Assembly (NCBI GenBank): GCA_050298595.1
Contig: JBNKUM010000021.1
Location: forward strand, 1 to 52,971
Reading direction: 5' to 3'
Origin: Gammaproteobacteria bacterium
Lineage (GTDB): Bacteria > Pseudomonadota > Gammaproteobacteria > GCA-001735895
Length of the DNA: 52,971 bases
The notes below the pieces were generated by a model. It was not told where the DNA came from. It saw only the letters and a list, made by a program, of their open reading frames with translations, and did no database searches. Positions 20,344 to 30,727 of the stretch are shown one piece after another (position 1 is the stretch's first letter; every line of letters begins with the position of its first letter). Both the position numbers and the translations under genes were made by a program.

Positions 20344-21059
20344 TATTGCTGCTGCGACAGGAAGTCCTGTTTACTGTTGTTATAGGTTTCTATCAGTTTA
20401 TCAATGCCCGATTGCTCGAGTTCGCGTAAACCGCTTAACACCATGCGTTTGCATCCATGACCGATATGCTGATCCGAGCTGAACAGGTCGTATTCCAGAG
20501 TCACATCGCCTCGTTTGCTATTTACCTGCAACTCTGTGTTGGCAAGTTCCAGCCGGATTTCGTTGATATCCAGCGTGTTTAATTCAAAACTCATGCTCTC
20601 GTAAATGATCAGGGGTCGATCAGGATTGATCATGACATTTTTTTCGGTCATCAATGGTATCAGGATGTGCGGGAAGGCCTGACTGGAAAATTCAACATAG
20701 TGAGTGCTTAAAGATTCGATCAATGCAGCATTGGTCGTGCATTTGCCACTACACTCTATAGCCAGGTATTTTTTGCCTTTTTGATCCAGTATCGCCAGAT
20801 GTTCTTCGGTGCAATCGGGCAGACTGAGCGCTACACCATCGCTAACCATACCGGAGAAATTAAAGATCATTTTCTGACGTAATCCGTAGTGATGGATAAT
20901 GACTGAGAATAAAAGATCACCAGGCACGCAAAATCGCTTGGATTCCACATCGTGTATCGGGTTAAAATCCCCGGCCACCTTTTTCGCAAAATCGCTGGCT
21001 TGCTGCCGGGTAAAGGAAAGCTTTGAATCCTCTAATAGATAGTAATCTTCAATATTCAT
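20343..21059 (-). CDS. DUF3581-family protein
   Basis: FTRQQASDFAK.VAGDFNPIHD...RFCVPGDLLF; INPDRPLIIYESM. Confidence 0.75.
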   Translation of the reverse strand: MNIEDYYLLEDSKLSFTRQQASDFAKKVAGDFNPIHDVESKRFCVPGDLLFSVIIHHYGLRQKMIFNFSGMVSDGVALSLPDCTEEHLAILDQKGKKYLAIECSGKCTTNAALIESLSTHYVEFSSQAFPHILIPLMTEKNVMINPDRPLIIYESMSFELNTLDINEIRLELANTELQVNSKRGDVTLEYDLFSSDQHIGHGCKRMVLSGLRELEQSGIDKLIETYNNSKQDFLSQQQ

Positions 21060-21159
21060 GGGGTTTTCGCGTACAGAAAATCACGCGATATTATCATGAA
21101 TTAACCGTTATGGTTGATAATCAATTCAGACATGTCGGCCATAATAGAGCAAAAACAGC

Positions 21160-23067
21160 ATGCTGAAGCTGGAAAATCTGGCCATTCGTCGTGGTCCGCA
21201 ACTGTTATTCGAATCAGCTAATTTGAATATTAATAGCGGTCAGAAGCTGGGTTTGACCGGGGCCAATGGCTGCGGTAAATCATCACTGATGGCATTGATC
21301 ATGGGTGAGTTGCATGCCGATGAAGGTGAGTGCTATATCGCACCCGACTGGGTAATTGCACATGTAGCTCAGGAGGCTGAGGCAAGCAGCCGCCCTGCTA
21401 TCGAGTATGTGATGGAGGGTGACACAGAGTTACATCAGCTGCAAACTCGCCTGCAGCAGGCAGAACAAAAACATGACGGACATGAGATTGCACAATGCCA
21501 CGCGCGAATGCAGGAGATTGATGGCTATCAGGCTTACAGTCGTGCAGCGAAATTACTGGTGGGCTTAAGCTTTAGCGATAGTGATCTTACCCGACCACTG
21601 ACAGATTTTTCCGGTGGCTGGCGCATGCGCCTGAATCTGGCACGCGCATTGATGTGCCGATCAGACCTGTTACTACTGGATGAACCCACCAATCACCTGG
21701 ATCTGGATGCAGTGATCTGGCTGGAAGACTGGCTCAAGAAATACCCTGGAACCTTATTGATGATCTCGCATGATCGCGATTTTCTTGACTCGGTGGTGGA
21801 AAGTATTGCGCATATCGAACAGCAACGTATCAAACTCTATAAAGGTAATTACTCAGCATTTGAGGTATTGCGAGCCGAACAATTGGCTCAACAGCAAAGC
21901 AGCTATGTGAAACAACAGGCATCGATCAAACATATGCAGCAATTTGTTGAGCGCTTCAAGGCCAAGGCCACCAAGGCCAAACAGGCGCAGAGCAGGGTTA
22001 AAGCACTGGAGCGCATGGCACTGATTGCACCTGCGCATGTCGATACCCCCTTCCACTTTAAGTTTTTAAAACCAGATGTGCTGCCACAGCATTTGATGCG
22101 CCTGGATAAGGTCACAGCAGGTTATGGTGATGTAAAGATTCTTGAAAATATCGAACTGACATTACTGGCAGGAGAAAGAATCGGACTGCTCGGTTTAAAT
22201 GGCGCGGGTAAATCAACGCTGATTAAATTAATCGCCGGAACGATACAACCCTTAAAAGGGAGCGTAGAGAGCGCTAAGGATTTAAAGGTGGGTTATTTTG
22301 CCCAGCACCAGCTGGAGCAGCTGGATAAGGAGTCATCAGCTTTATTGCACCTGCAGCGTATAGATCCTTTAGCCAGTGAAAAACAGTTACGATCTTTTCT
22401 GGGAGGTTTTAATTTTCAGGGTGATCGTGTACTGGAACCTGTTGGGCCTTTCTCCGGTGGAGAAAAGGCGCGCCTGGTACTGGCGCTATTAATCTGGCAA
22501 AAACCCAACCTGTTACTACTCGATGAGCCAACCAATCATCTAGATCTGGAAATGCGTCTGGCCCTGAATAATGCGCTGCAAACCTTCGATGGCAGTGTCA
22601 TTCTGGTATCGCATGATAGACACCTGTTAAGAACGGTATGTGATGAATTACTGCTGGTGGATTCAGGAAAGGTACAGGAATTTAAAATGGAGATAGATGA
22701 CTATCCCAAATGGCTGGCGCAACGTCGTGGTGGAAAGATCGATAAAGAAAAAGAAAAGGATGGCAAGCCCTTGCAACCGGATAGAAAGGATCAAAAGAAA
22801 CGTGATGCAGAGTTTCGTAAATTGATTCAACCGCAGTTGGCAAGACAGAAAAGACTGGAACGTAGTGTAGAAAAAATCCAGCAACAACTGCAGCTAACCG
22901 AAGCGCGCTTATCCGAAGCAGAGGTGTATCAGGATGATAAAAAAGAGGAGCTGCGAGAGCTATTGTTTGCGCAGGCAGAAAATAAAAAACAACTGGAAGA
23001 GCTGGAAATGGAGTGGTTTGAGCTGAGCGAAGAGATTGATAAGTTGAGTAGTGAGTGGTTTGGTTAA
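21160..23067 (+). CDS. yheS: ABC-F family ATPase
   Basis: Two ABC domains (GANGCGKS/FSGGWRMRL; GLNGAGKS/FSGGEKARL), RFKAKATKAKQAQSR linker, C-terminal coiled coil. Confidence 0.9.
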   Translation: MLKLENLAIRRGPQLLFESANLNINSGQKLGLTGANGCGKSSLMALIMGELHADEGECYIAPDWVIAHVAQEAEASSRPAIEYVMEGDTELHQLQTRLQQAEQKHDGHEIAQCHARMQEIDGYQAYSRAAKLLVGLSFSDSDLTRPLTDFSGGWRMRLNLARALMCRSDLLLLDEPTNHLDLDAVIWLEDWLKKYPGTLLMISHDRDFLDSVVESIAHIEQQRIKLYKGNYSAFEVLRAEQLAQQQSSYVKQQASIKHMQQFVERFKAKATKAKQAQSRVKALERMALIAPAHVDTPFHFKFLKPDVLPQHLMRLDKVTAGYGDVKILENIELTLLAGERIGLLGLNGAGKSTLIKLIAGTIQPLKGSVESAKDLKVGYFAQHQLEQLDKESSALLHLQRIDPLASEKQLRSFLGGFNFQGDRVLEPVGPFSGGEKARLVLALLIWQKPNLLLLDEPTNHLDLEMRLALNNALQTFDGSVILVSHDRHLLRTVCDELLLVDSGKVQEFKMEIDDYPKWLAQRRGGKIDKEKEKDGKPLQPDRKDQKKRDAEFRKLIQPQLARQKRLERSVEKIQQQLQLTEARLSEAEVYQDDKKEELRELLFAQAENKKQLEELEMEWFELSEEIDKLSSEWFG

Positions 23068-23232
23068 GAATAATAAAGATAAATAACAAGTCAGTTAATG
23101 TGATCAGGATTATAGATTTAAATATTTTTAATATAAAGAAATAAAGATATTATGAATAATTTACTTTTGTTACACTTTATTTTTCCCTCGGATGTAGTCA
23201 TTACTTAAATATTCAAAAACAAGGAGTTTTAT

Positions 23233-24234
23233 ATGTATTCTTATCAAAAACAGAGTAAATCATTTCTAAATCTTGGGCTGGCTTTACTGGTCGGTGGGAC
23301 TATTGGTCTTACCGGGTGCGGTGGCGGTGGCGGTGGTGGTGGCGTCGATGTTACCGAGCTTTCTTATTCAGGAGTAACAACTGAGGCAACAATCAATTCT
23401 ACTAGTGCAAAAGCACTGGCTGAAACTTCTGCCGAAGCATCAATACAGGCAGTTACAGACTCTGAGGGTGGGGCAGTAAATCCATTTGGTGTTGTGGTCA
23501 CAGATGCAAATTTATCTGGTATGAGATCCAGAGTTGTTGAAGTTGCAAAACAATTGTTAAAAAATCGCAAAGTCATCGAGTTTCCAGTTGGTGCAACAAT
23601 AACGTTTAACGATATACTGGGAGCTGGTAGTAGCTGTGGTGGCTCTATAACAGTCCCTGATAATTACCGAACGGCTAGCAGTGGAACCATGACTTTTAAT
23701 AATGCATGTCTGACTGAGCCAGGTTACGGCACATTTATTTTTAATGGTTCTATCAAGTTTTCCGGTACAGGTGATCCTGATGGATATGGTGCGGGAACGG
23801 AAACTTCCACCTTCATAAATCTAACGATCCAGTATGATCTTGGTTCGAATGGGTCAGGTAGTTATGGTCCTATGAATTATACAGAATCATGCAGCTGGGA
23901 TGATGGGGGTTATTTTAACAATATGACCTGTTCTGAAACAAATTACTATACCGGCAGTGGCGGTGAAGTTTATCAAGTTCAAGATGCTGACGTTTATGGT
24001 AGTAATGATTCTGGCTGGTATGTGTCTGCAACTGTCTATCATCCGACCTATGGTTATGTGGACGTGACGGCAACTGGGTTGACTTTCGACTGCGCCAATG
24101 GACATCCAGACTCAGGCAGTATTGAAGCCTATGGTAGTGGTGGAACGTCTATATCAGTAAATTTTACCGACTGTGATAATTACTCGGGCAGTTATAATGA
24201 TGGCTCAGGAGCTGTAAGTATTTATGGCTGGTAA
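23233..24234 (+). CDS. Hypothetical Gly/Ser/Thr-rich, Cys-containing beta-rich lipoprotein
   Basis: Lipobox LTGC followed by Gly8; AAGGAG RBS; AT-rich upstream region. Confidence 0.75.
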   Translation: MYSYQKQSKSFLNLGLALLVGGTIGLTGCGGGGGGGGVDVTELSYSGVTTEATINSTSAKALAETSAEASIQAVTDSEGGAVNPFGVVVTDANLSGMRSRVVEVAKQLLKNRKVIEFPVGATITFNDILGAGSSCGGSITVPDNYRTASSGTMTFNNACLTEPGYGTFIFNGSIKFSGTGDPDGYGAGTETSTFINLTIQYDLGSNGSGSYGPMNYTESCSWDDGGYFNNMTCSETNYYTGSGGEVYQVQDADVYGSNDSGWYVSATVYHPTYGYVDVTATGLTFDCANGHPDSGSIEAYGSGGTSISVNFTDCDNYSGSYNDGSGAVSIYGW

Positions 24235-24256
24235 TTAAGCCATCAACGCATTAAGG

Positions 24257-24285
24257 AAAAACGCGAGTTATCTCGCGTTTTTTTT
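24257..24285 (+). terminator. Rho-independent terminator
   Basis: AAAAACGCGAG-ttat-CTCGCGTTTTTTTT. Confidence 0.85.
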
Positions 24286-24329
24286 CGTCTATCAGCTTTT
24301 GCATAGGCAGAAAATGCAAATAAGCGGAG

Positions 24330-25166
24330 TTGCTAATGCTTAACTTTGGGCAGAATAAGCTGGCCTTGCCCTGTATATTTTTTATAGGGTTTAATTTTTT
24401 TATATTCACAAACCTGCATGCAAACGACGTAATTTATCAGTTCGAAACAGGTTTAAATCTTTCTTCTTTTCAATATAAAGAGTTTTCTTTAAATGGGAAC
24501 CTGTTAGACAGGGAGGACGGGGTTTTACCTGGGCTATTTATAGAAGCAAAGGCTGATAATTTTCCCTATCAATATAGCCTTGGTTTCTCAGAGCAGAGAA
24601 GCACTCTGGATTATAGTGGAAAGACACAGTTAGGGAGGGCTTTAGAAACCCGAACATTAGAAACTATCTATCAATATTCTTTTAAAGTAAAAAGACATCT
24701 TTTTGAGCAGCCCTACCCGACCCATTTGATGGTTGAGATTGGTGAGCGACGTTGGGACAGGAATATCTATCAGACTGCAATATCTAATTCGCTGTCTGAA
24801 ATATATCGTTGGCCATATATTATGTTGGGTGGATCGATCCAGGTTTTAAATGAGGCCAAAAAAGATTTTGAAATTCAGGTTTTATATGGCAAATCTTTTA
24901 ATGCTGCACTTGATATCTATTTAGAAGGATTTGACAGGACTACTCTAAAATTAGAACAGGGTGATGTTCTGGTTATTAAGATGCCATTAAGCATCAAGAA
25001 TGTCGGTGGATATACCTTACAAATTGAGCCTTATTTTGAATACTGGCATTTCGATCAAAGTGAACAATCAGCACTGTTTATTAATGGGTTACCTTCAGGG
25101 TATTTCGCTATTGAACCAGAAAATGAAACGACTTTATTTGGTGTAAATATATCTTTTTTATTCTGA
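24330..25166 (+). CDS. Hypothetical outer-membrane beta-barrel protein
   Basis: Signal-like N-terminus, amphipathic strands, terminal Phe; AT-rich; start codon uncertain. Confidence 0.65.
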   Translation: MLMLNFGQNKLALPCIFFIGFNFFIFTNLHANDVIYQFETGLNLSSFQYKEFSLNGNLLDREDGVLPGLFIEAKADNFPYQYSLGFSEQRSTLDYSGKTQLGRALETRTLETIYQYSFKVKRHLFEQPYPTHLMVEIGERRWDRNIYQTAISNSLSEIYRWPYIMLGGSIQVLNEAKKDFEIQVLYGKSFNAALDIYLEGFDRTTLKLEQGDVLVIKMPLSIKNVGGYTLQIEPYFEYWHFDQSEQSALFINGLPSGYFAIEPENETTLFGVNISFLF

Positions 25167-25183
25167 AATTTTGAGGGATTTAT

Positions 25184-25612
25184 ATGACCGCTATTGATTA
25201 TAAAAAAATCGATCTCAGGGATAGTTTTAAGCTGGTAAAACTATTACACCAATTAGGCTATGAGGTTGATACGAATGATATAGAAACTAATGTCAGTGAA
25301 ATTCGCGAAAGACAAGGAGAGGTTTTTGTAGCAAAGATTGCTGATGAATTGATTGGCTGTGTCAATGCCATCATCGATGTAAGGCTTGCAGCAGGAACAA
25401 CTGGAGAGATAGTGACGCTTGTTGTTCTTGAGCAATATCGCGGTATGGGTGTTGGTAAAGCACTGGTCGCTATAGCTGAAGCGTGGCTGGCAGAAAGAGT
25501 CACTACCATTCGTGTACGTACAAATTCAATCAGAGCTAAAGCGCAGCAGTTTTATCTTGCTGTGGGCTATCAGGAGTTAAAAACTCAGAAAATTTTCAAA
25601 AAGGATTTATAA
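25184..25612 (+). CDS. GNAT N-acetyltransferase
   Basis: LVVLEQYRGMGVGKAL, AQQFYLAVGY. Confidence 0.9.
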   Translation: MTAIDYKKIDLRDSFKLVKLLHQLGYEVDTNDIETNVSEIRERQGEVFVAKIADELIGCVNAIIDVRLAAGTTGEIVTLVVLEQYRGMGVGKALVAIAEAWLAERVTTIRVRTNSIRAKAQQFYLAVGYQELKTQKIFKKDL

Positions 25613-25826
25613 CAATCAATCACGCTATGTGTTGCAGATTGAAACTAAAAGGTTTTAAGAGTTTTGGTATGACTGCCCAGCAGTGCACATGGCTGGCAGG
25701 GATAGAATCGGATTGCCTGAAACCATTATCAATACCAGAATGATACGAAGTATTGAGTATGTTTTATTTCCCAAGCTTTAGTTTTATGCGTAAACTGGGG
25801 AGTATTGCAAATATTGAGTAGTTGTT

Positions 25827-26960
25827 ATGCAAAAACCTGCCCTGATCTGGCTGAATGTTTCAGTCTTTTCTATTACCGCTTTAATTACGCTGGTTGTTGT
25901 TCCTCTGTATGCCGTTATCCATGGCTTCGATGGCTGGCAGGTTTTGGCCATGCTAGTGGGTATCGCATTCTGCGAAATATCGATTACTGCAGGTTATCAT
26001 CGCCTGTGGTCTCATCGGGCTTATGAAGCGCACTGGCTGGTCAGATTGATACTGGCTATAGGCGGTACTTTTGCGACGCAAAACAGTATCTTGCACTGGT
26101 CAGCCGATCATCGCAGGCATCACAAATATGTAGATGACAATCAAAACGATCCATATTCAGCTAAACGAGGCTTCTGGTACTCTCATATCGGCTGGATGCT
26201 GCGATACTATTCCGAACCAGGCCTTGATCGTTATGATAATTGTCGTGATCTGGAAAAAGATCCTATCGTGATGTGGCAGCATAAATATTATATGCCGCTA
26301 GTGCTGGCCGCGAATTTCGGCATTCCTATCATACTTGGATTCTGGCATGGCGATTTGCTGGGTATGTTACTGCTGGTGGGGGCTGCGCGTCTGGCTATTG
26401 CACACCATATGACCTTCTTTATAAATTCTCTGGCGCATGTATGGGGAAGCCAGCCTTATTCTGATACCAATACTGCCAGAGATAATGCTGTGATTGCTCT
26501 GCTGACCATGGGTGAGGGTTATCATAATTATCATCACAGCTTTCAGCGAGATTATCGTAATGGCATACGCTGGTGGCAGTTTGATCCCACTAAATGGTTG
26601 ATTCGTGCGCTGGCCGGGATGGGGCTGGCAAGCAATCTGTATCGGACTCCACTGGAGCGAATAGAGGCTTCGCGTGCACAGATGTTGCTGAACAGTACAT
26701 CGCGTAAGCTGGAGCAGCTACCACATGCGGATGAGTTGCTTCATCGCCTGCACAAAGAATATGAAACACTGCTGGGCCGAATAAATGAGTTTTCTCAGGC
26801 CAGGAAACACTGGGTGGAGGCTAAAAAGGCATCCATGGTGGCAAGCTGTGATCTGGAGGTTTTAAAGGCCAGAGTAGAAAAACTTAAGGCAGATTTTCAC
26901 CATCAGAAAAGATACTGGATGGTACTGAATGAAAATATGCCTAAGTTAAGTCATCTCTGA
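25827..26960 (+). CDS. Acyl-CoA (delta-9-type) fatty-acid desaturase
   Basis: His boxes HRLWSH, HRRHH, HNYHH; C-terminal coiled coil. Confidence 0.92.
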   Translation: MQKPALIWLNVSVFSITALITLVVVPLYAVIHGFDGWQVLAMLVGIAFCEISITAGYHRLWSHRAYEAHWLVRLILAIGGTFATQNSILHWSADHRRHHKYVDDNQNDPYSAKRGFWYSHIGWMLRYYSEPGLDRYDNCRDLEKDPIVMWQHKYYMPLVLAANFGIPIILGFWHGDLLGMLLLVGAARLAIAHHMTFFINSLAHVWGSQPYSDTNTARDNAVIALLTMGEGYHNYHHSFQRDYRNGIRWWQFDPTKWLIRALAGMGLASNLYRTPLERIEASRAQMLLNSTSRKLEQLPHADELLHRLHKEYETLLGRINEFSQARKHWVEAKKASMVASCDLEVLKARVEKLKADFHHQKRYWMVLNENMPKLSHL

Positions 26961-27113
26961 TTTAGCACTACGGACTTAACAGACTGTACTAGATGGCTAA
27001 GCTTTACAGCTTTTTGCCGGACAGGCGCATGTCTGCAAAGTTGTGCCTAAATTGCGCTTCAGCCTGTGAGTCAGAGATACAGCATGCGCATCAGAGCGGC
27101 CTCCCGCAAAAAG

Positions 27114-27560
27114 TTAGGCGACCTGTAGCTGATCGCCGCTGATCTTTCGCGCTAATGGATATAGTTGTTCAGTCTCATCCTGAAATCTATTTAGCACCAG
27201 TTCAAACATGCTACGAGTCTCATTGGTAAATTCAGCGTAATTATCTATGACCAGTTTTTGCTTACCCTTACGAGACCATTTTCTCAGATAGTCCTGAAAG
27301 ATACGTTTGATTTCTACAGAACCAGACAGAAAATTCTGTGCAGTTTTGCGTGCCTGGTCGTCTCCGCCTTTGAGAATGACTGTATATAAAGTTTTATCCT
27401 CTACTTCCAGATGTTCCTTAACTTTTTCAACATAGTCGAAAAACAGGTCACAGGTTATTTGTGTGTCACACATCTTCCTGTTGTCAATTAGGTACAGGAA
27501 AACATTAGAAATTTCTGTTATTTGATGGATTTGTTCATGAAGTTTCTGATAAGTGATCAT
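27114..27560 (-). CDS. Hemerythrin-like (HHE) domain protein
   Basis: HLEVED..LY and RFQDE...LYP repeats, four-helix pattern. Confidence 0.65.
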   Translation of the reverse strand: MITYQKLHEQIHQITEISNVFLYLIDNRKMCDTQITCDLFFDYVEKVKEHLEVEDKTLYTVILKGGDDQARKTAQNFLSGSVEIKRIFQDYLRKWSRKGKQKLVIDNYAEFTNETRSMFELVLNRFQDETEQLYPLARKISGDQLQVA

Positions 27561-27814
27561 ATTTGGCTCCCTATCTATGGTTTTTATAGTTATACGAGCA
27601 AAAAGATTAATTACTTTATTTATGGATGTCTATACACATAGAGTGATTTTATATAAATAAAATTATAGTTTTTCACATTAAATAGATAAGTGGTCTGTTT
27701 TTTTTATAAAAAGGTATCGCTGTAAATAAATAGATAAGTTGCTTACATTATATATAAGCATTCTATTATTAATGCTAACCTAGCTGATTAATTTCTCTTA
27801 TTAAGGGTTGAAAT

Positions 27815-28603
27815 TTGTTTGAAATCGTATTCTTATTTGTCGCTGGCTTTCTTGGTGGGATAGTCAATTCTATTGCTGGCGGTGGGAGTTTTATAACCTT
27901 TCCTGCATTGCTGTTCGTAGGGGTCCCACCCGTCAGTGCAAACGCTACCAACACGTTTTCATCCTGCTCAGGGTATTTGAGTGGCTCCTATGCGCTACGC
28001 AAGGAGTTGATGGCACATAAACACGAGCTGGGCCGATATATCATCATCAGCCTGTTGGGGGGTATAGTCGGAGCCTGGTTGTTGCTGCAGACGCCGGATG
28101 ACCAGTTTCGCAAAGCCATTCCCTGGCTGCTGCTATTTGCCTCGGTGCTATTTATCTGGGGCTCGTCATTAAATAGCTTGCTTAAACGCAGCGCATCCAG
28201 TCATAAGCACGCATCGCTGGTCGGCAGTATTTTGTTGTCTCTGATGTTATTGGGCGTGTGCATATACGGCGGTTTTTTTAATGCTGGATTGGGTATTATT
28301 ATTCTGAGCTATCTGGCGTTGGCAGGATATCGGGATATCAATACCATGAATGGTATCAAATTACTGGTATCTACTGCCGTTTCACTGATCGCTATTGTGC
28401 TGTTTGTTATAGATGGTGTCATTGTCTGGTACGAAGGCAGTATGCTATTACTGGGGACATTGGCTGGCGGTTATGTTGCTGCGCACTGGTCGCGTAGTCT
28501 GCCACAGCGTTATGTGCGGGCGTTCGTTATAGTTTCCAGTATTGCGATTACGCTGTATTTTTTCTATGACATCTATTTTAGACAATCATCAGGCTGGCTT
28601 TGA
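27815..28603 (+). CDS. TauE/SafE sulfite-exporter family protein
   Basis: NSIAGGGSFITFPAL, ANATN, YGGFFNAGLG; 3' end overlaps recQ. Confidence 0.9.
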   Translation: MFEIVFLFVAGFLGGIVNSIAGGGSFITFPALLFVGVPPVSANATNTFSSCSGYLSGSYALRKELMAHKHELGRYIIISLLGGIVGAWLLLQTPDDQFRKAIPWLLLFASVLFIWGSSLNSLLKRSASSHKHASLVGSILLSLMLLGVCIYGGFFNAGLGIIILSYLALAGYRDINTMNGIKLLVSTAVSLIAIVLFVIDGVIVWYEGSMLLLGTLAGGYVAAHWSRSLPQRYVRAFVIVSSIAITLYFFYDIYFRQSSGWL

Positions 28604-30704
28604 CGCAATTAAGGATATGGTATTCGTATTTTCCATCCAGCATTTCAAAAACAGTTTTCATGCTCGGGCTTTCTTCCTGTTGATTGAGTTCTATGCAATA
28701 GATGATGTTATCCAGGTCACTCTGCTCGATTTGAATGACCTGCTGCAGTTCGATAACCTGAGCGGCGATAGCTGCACCCAGATGCGTGTAGATGGTTTGT
28801 AATGAAAGCCCTCGATGGTCGGCGATTGATTCAGGGCTAAGCCCTTGTCGGAATAGTTGCAGGGTTTCATTCACTGTGTTGCTTAGAGTATTGTCCAGTG
28901 CATCGTCTAGTGGATATTGCTGGATGATTTCGATTAAATCTTTTCCATATAGCTGTAATTTTTTCCCGCCGATGCCGATGATGCCATCCAGCTCGCCAGG
29001 TCGTGAAGGCCGTTGACGACATAAATCCTGCAGGGTTTTATCATGCAGGATGACGTAGGGCGGCACTCCCTGTTGTTCTGCCTGAGATTTACGGTATTCG
29101 CGCAGGGCTTCGAATAGTGCCTGGTCAACAACACGTACCGGTGAATTTTTTGATTTACTGCTAGAGGCTTCTTTCTCTGTTGCTTTTTGTAATTGACGCA
29201 AGGTCAATGTTTCTTCTCCGCGCAACAGCGGCTTGCAGCTATCGCTGAGTTTTAAAGCGCCATAACTTTCCATATCGCTGTACACATAGCCGAGTGCGAT
29301 TAACTGTCGAAACAGGCCGTGCCACTCGCTATTGCTTAAAAAGCTACCAATGCCAAAAGTGCTGACCTTGTCATGTCCATTGCTCTGGATACGGTCATGA
29401 TCTTTGCCAAGTAAAACATCGATCACGTAATTCACCCCAAAGCGTTGACCGGTGCGATAGATGCAGGACAGCGCCATGCGCGATGCTTCGGTGGCATCCC
29501 AGGTTTCAGGTGGGCTCAGGCAGTTGTCACAATGACCGCAGGGGGCGAGCAGTTCTTCATCAAAGTAATTGAGTATGGTCTGACGTCGACAGCGTGTCTG
29601 TTCACAAAACCCCAGCATCGCTTCCAGTTTGTGGTGCACATTGCGTTTATAGTTTTCGTCAGCATCACTATCCTGAGTCATCTGGCGTAGCGTAATCACA
29701 TCCTGCAAGCCATAGGCGAGCCAGGCATTGGCGGGTTGACCATCGCGTCCGGCACGCCCGGTTTCCTGATAATAGGATTCGATATTCTTGGGCAGGTTTA
29801 AATGCGCCACAAAACGCACATCGGGTTTGTCTATGCCCATACCAAAGGCGATAGTGGCTACGATAATGACCTCTTCCTGCTGTAGAAACTGGCGCTGGTG
29901 CAGGGCTCGAGTTTCCTTGTCCAGACCGGCATGATAGGGCAAAGCGATGCGGCCTTTTTGTGCTAACCACTGGGCCGTGCTTTCTACCTGTTTGCGCGAC
30001 AGGCAATACACGATACCTGAATCATGAGGGTGTTTTATATTAATAAAGTTCCAGAGTCGTTGCCTGTTATTTTGCCCTTCACTGATTTGATAAAAGATAT
30101 TGGGCCGGTCGAAACTATGAATATATTTCTCTGCTGACTGAAGTTGTAACTGCTGTTCGATCTCATAACGTGTTCTCCTGTCGGCGGTTGCGGTTAAGGC
30201 AATGCGGGGTACTTCGGGAAATAGCTCGTGTAACCGATACAGGTTCTGGTAATCGCGTCGAAAATCGTGGCCCCATTGCGAAACACAATGCGCTTCATCG
30301 ATAGCGAATAAGGAAATCTTGCAGACAGAGAGCAATTGAAGAAAGTCTTCGGTCATGGCTCGTTCAGGTGCTACGTAAAGCAGGTCTATACTCTGATCGC
30401 GTAGCTGTCTTTTGACTTCAGCCTGTTGCTGCGGTGTTTGCGTTGAATTCAGAAATGAGGCTGCCACACCGTTTTGAGCCAGCGCATCCACCTGATCCTG
30501 CATTAACGCGATGAGTGGTGAAATGACGATACCGACACCTTCTCGAGCAATCGCAGGCAGTTGGTAGCAAATCGATTTGCCGCCACCGGTAGGCATCAGC
30601 ACCAGGGCGTCACCACCATTAATCAGGTGGTCTACGATTTGTTGTTGTTGAAAACGAAACTCTGGGTAACCGAAACGCTCTCTTAGAATATCAAGGGCTG
30701 ACAT
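28578..30704 (-). CDS. recQ: ATP-dependent DNA helicase RecQ (HRDC plus C-terminal HTH)
   Basis: MPTGGGKSICYQ, DEAHCVSQWGHDFR, YYQETGRAGRDG, CRR...CGHCDNC, VPPYVI. Confidence 0.97.
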   Translation of the reverse strand: MSALDILRERFGYPEFRFQQQQIVDHLINGGDALVLMPTGGGKSICYQLPAIAREGVGIVISPLIALMQDQVDALAQNGVAASFLNSTQTPQQQAEVKRQLRDQSIDLLYVAPERAMTEDFLQLLSVCKISLFAIDEAHCVSQWGHDFRRDYQNLYRLHELFPEVPRIALTATADRRTRYEIEQQLQLQSAEKYIHSFDRPNIFYQISEGQNNRQRLWNFINIKHPHDSGIVYCLSRKQVESTAQWLAQKGRIALPYHAGLDKETRALHQRQFLQQEEVIIVATIAFGMGIDKPDVRFVAHLNLPKNIESYYQETGRAGRDGQPANAWLAYGLQDVITLRQMTQDSDADENYKRNVHHKLEAMLGFCEQTRCRRQTILNYFDEELLAPCGHCDNCLSPPETWDATEASRMALSCIYRTGQRFGVNYVIDVLLGKDHDRIQSNGHDKVSTFGIGSFLSNSEWHGLFRQLIALGYVYSDMESYGALKLSDSCKPLLRGEETLTLRQLQKATEKEASSSKSKNSPVRVVDQALFEALREYRKSQAEQQGVPPYVILHDKTLQDLCRQRPSRPGELDGIIGIGGKKLQLYGKDLIEIIQQYPLDDALDNTLSNTVNETLQLFRQGLSPESIADHRGLSLQTIYTHLGAAIAAQVIELQQVIQIEQSDLDNIIYCIELNQQEESPSMKTVFEMLDGKYEYHILNCVKASLMIV

Positions 30705-30727
30705 GATGTTATAGTATTCCTTTTAAA

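Noticed and set aside
23320-23343. GGT/GGC run as a phase-variation tract
   Set aside because: Mixed Gly codons in multiples of three; a flexible lipoprotein tether, not a frameshifting repeat
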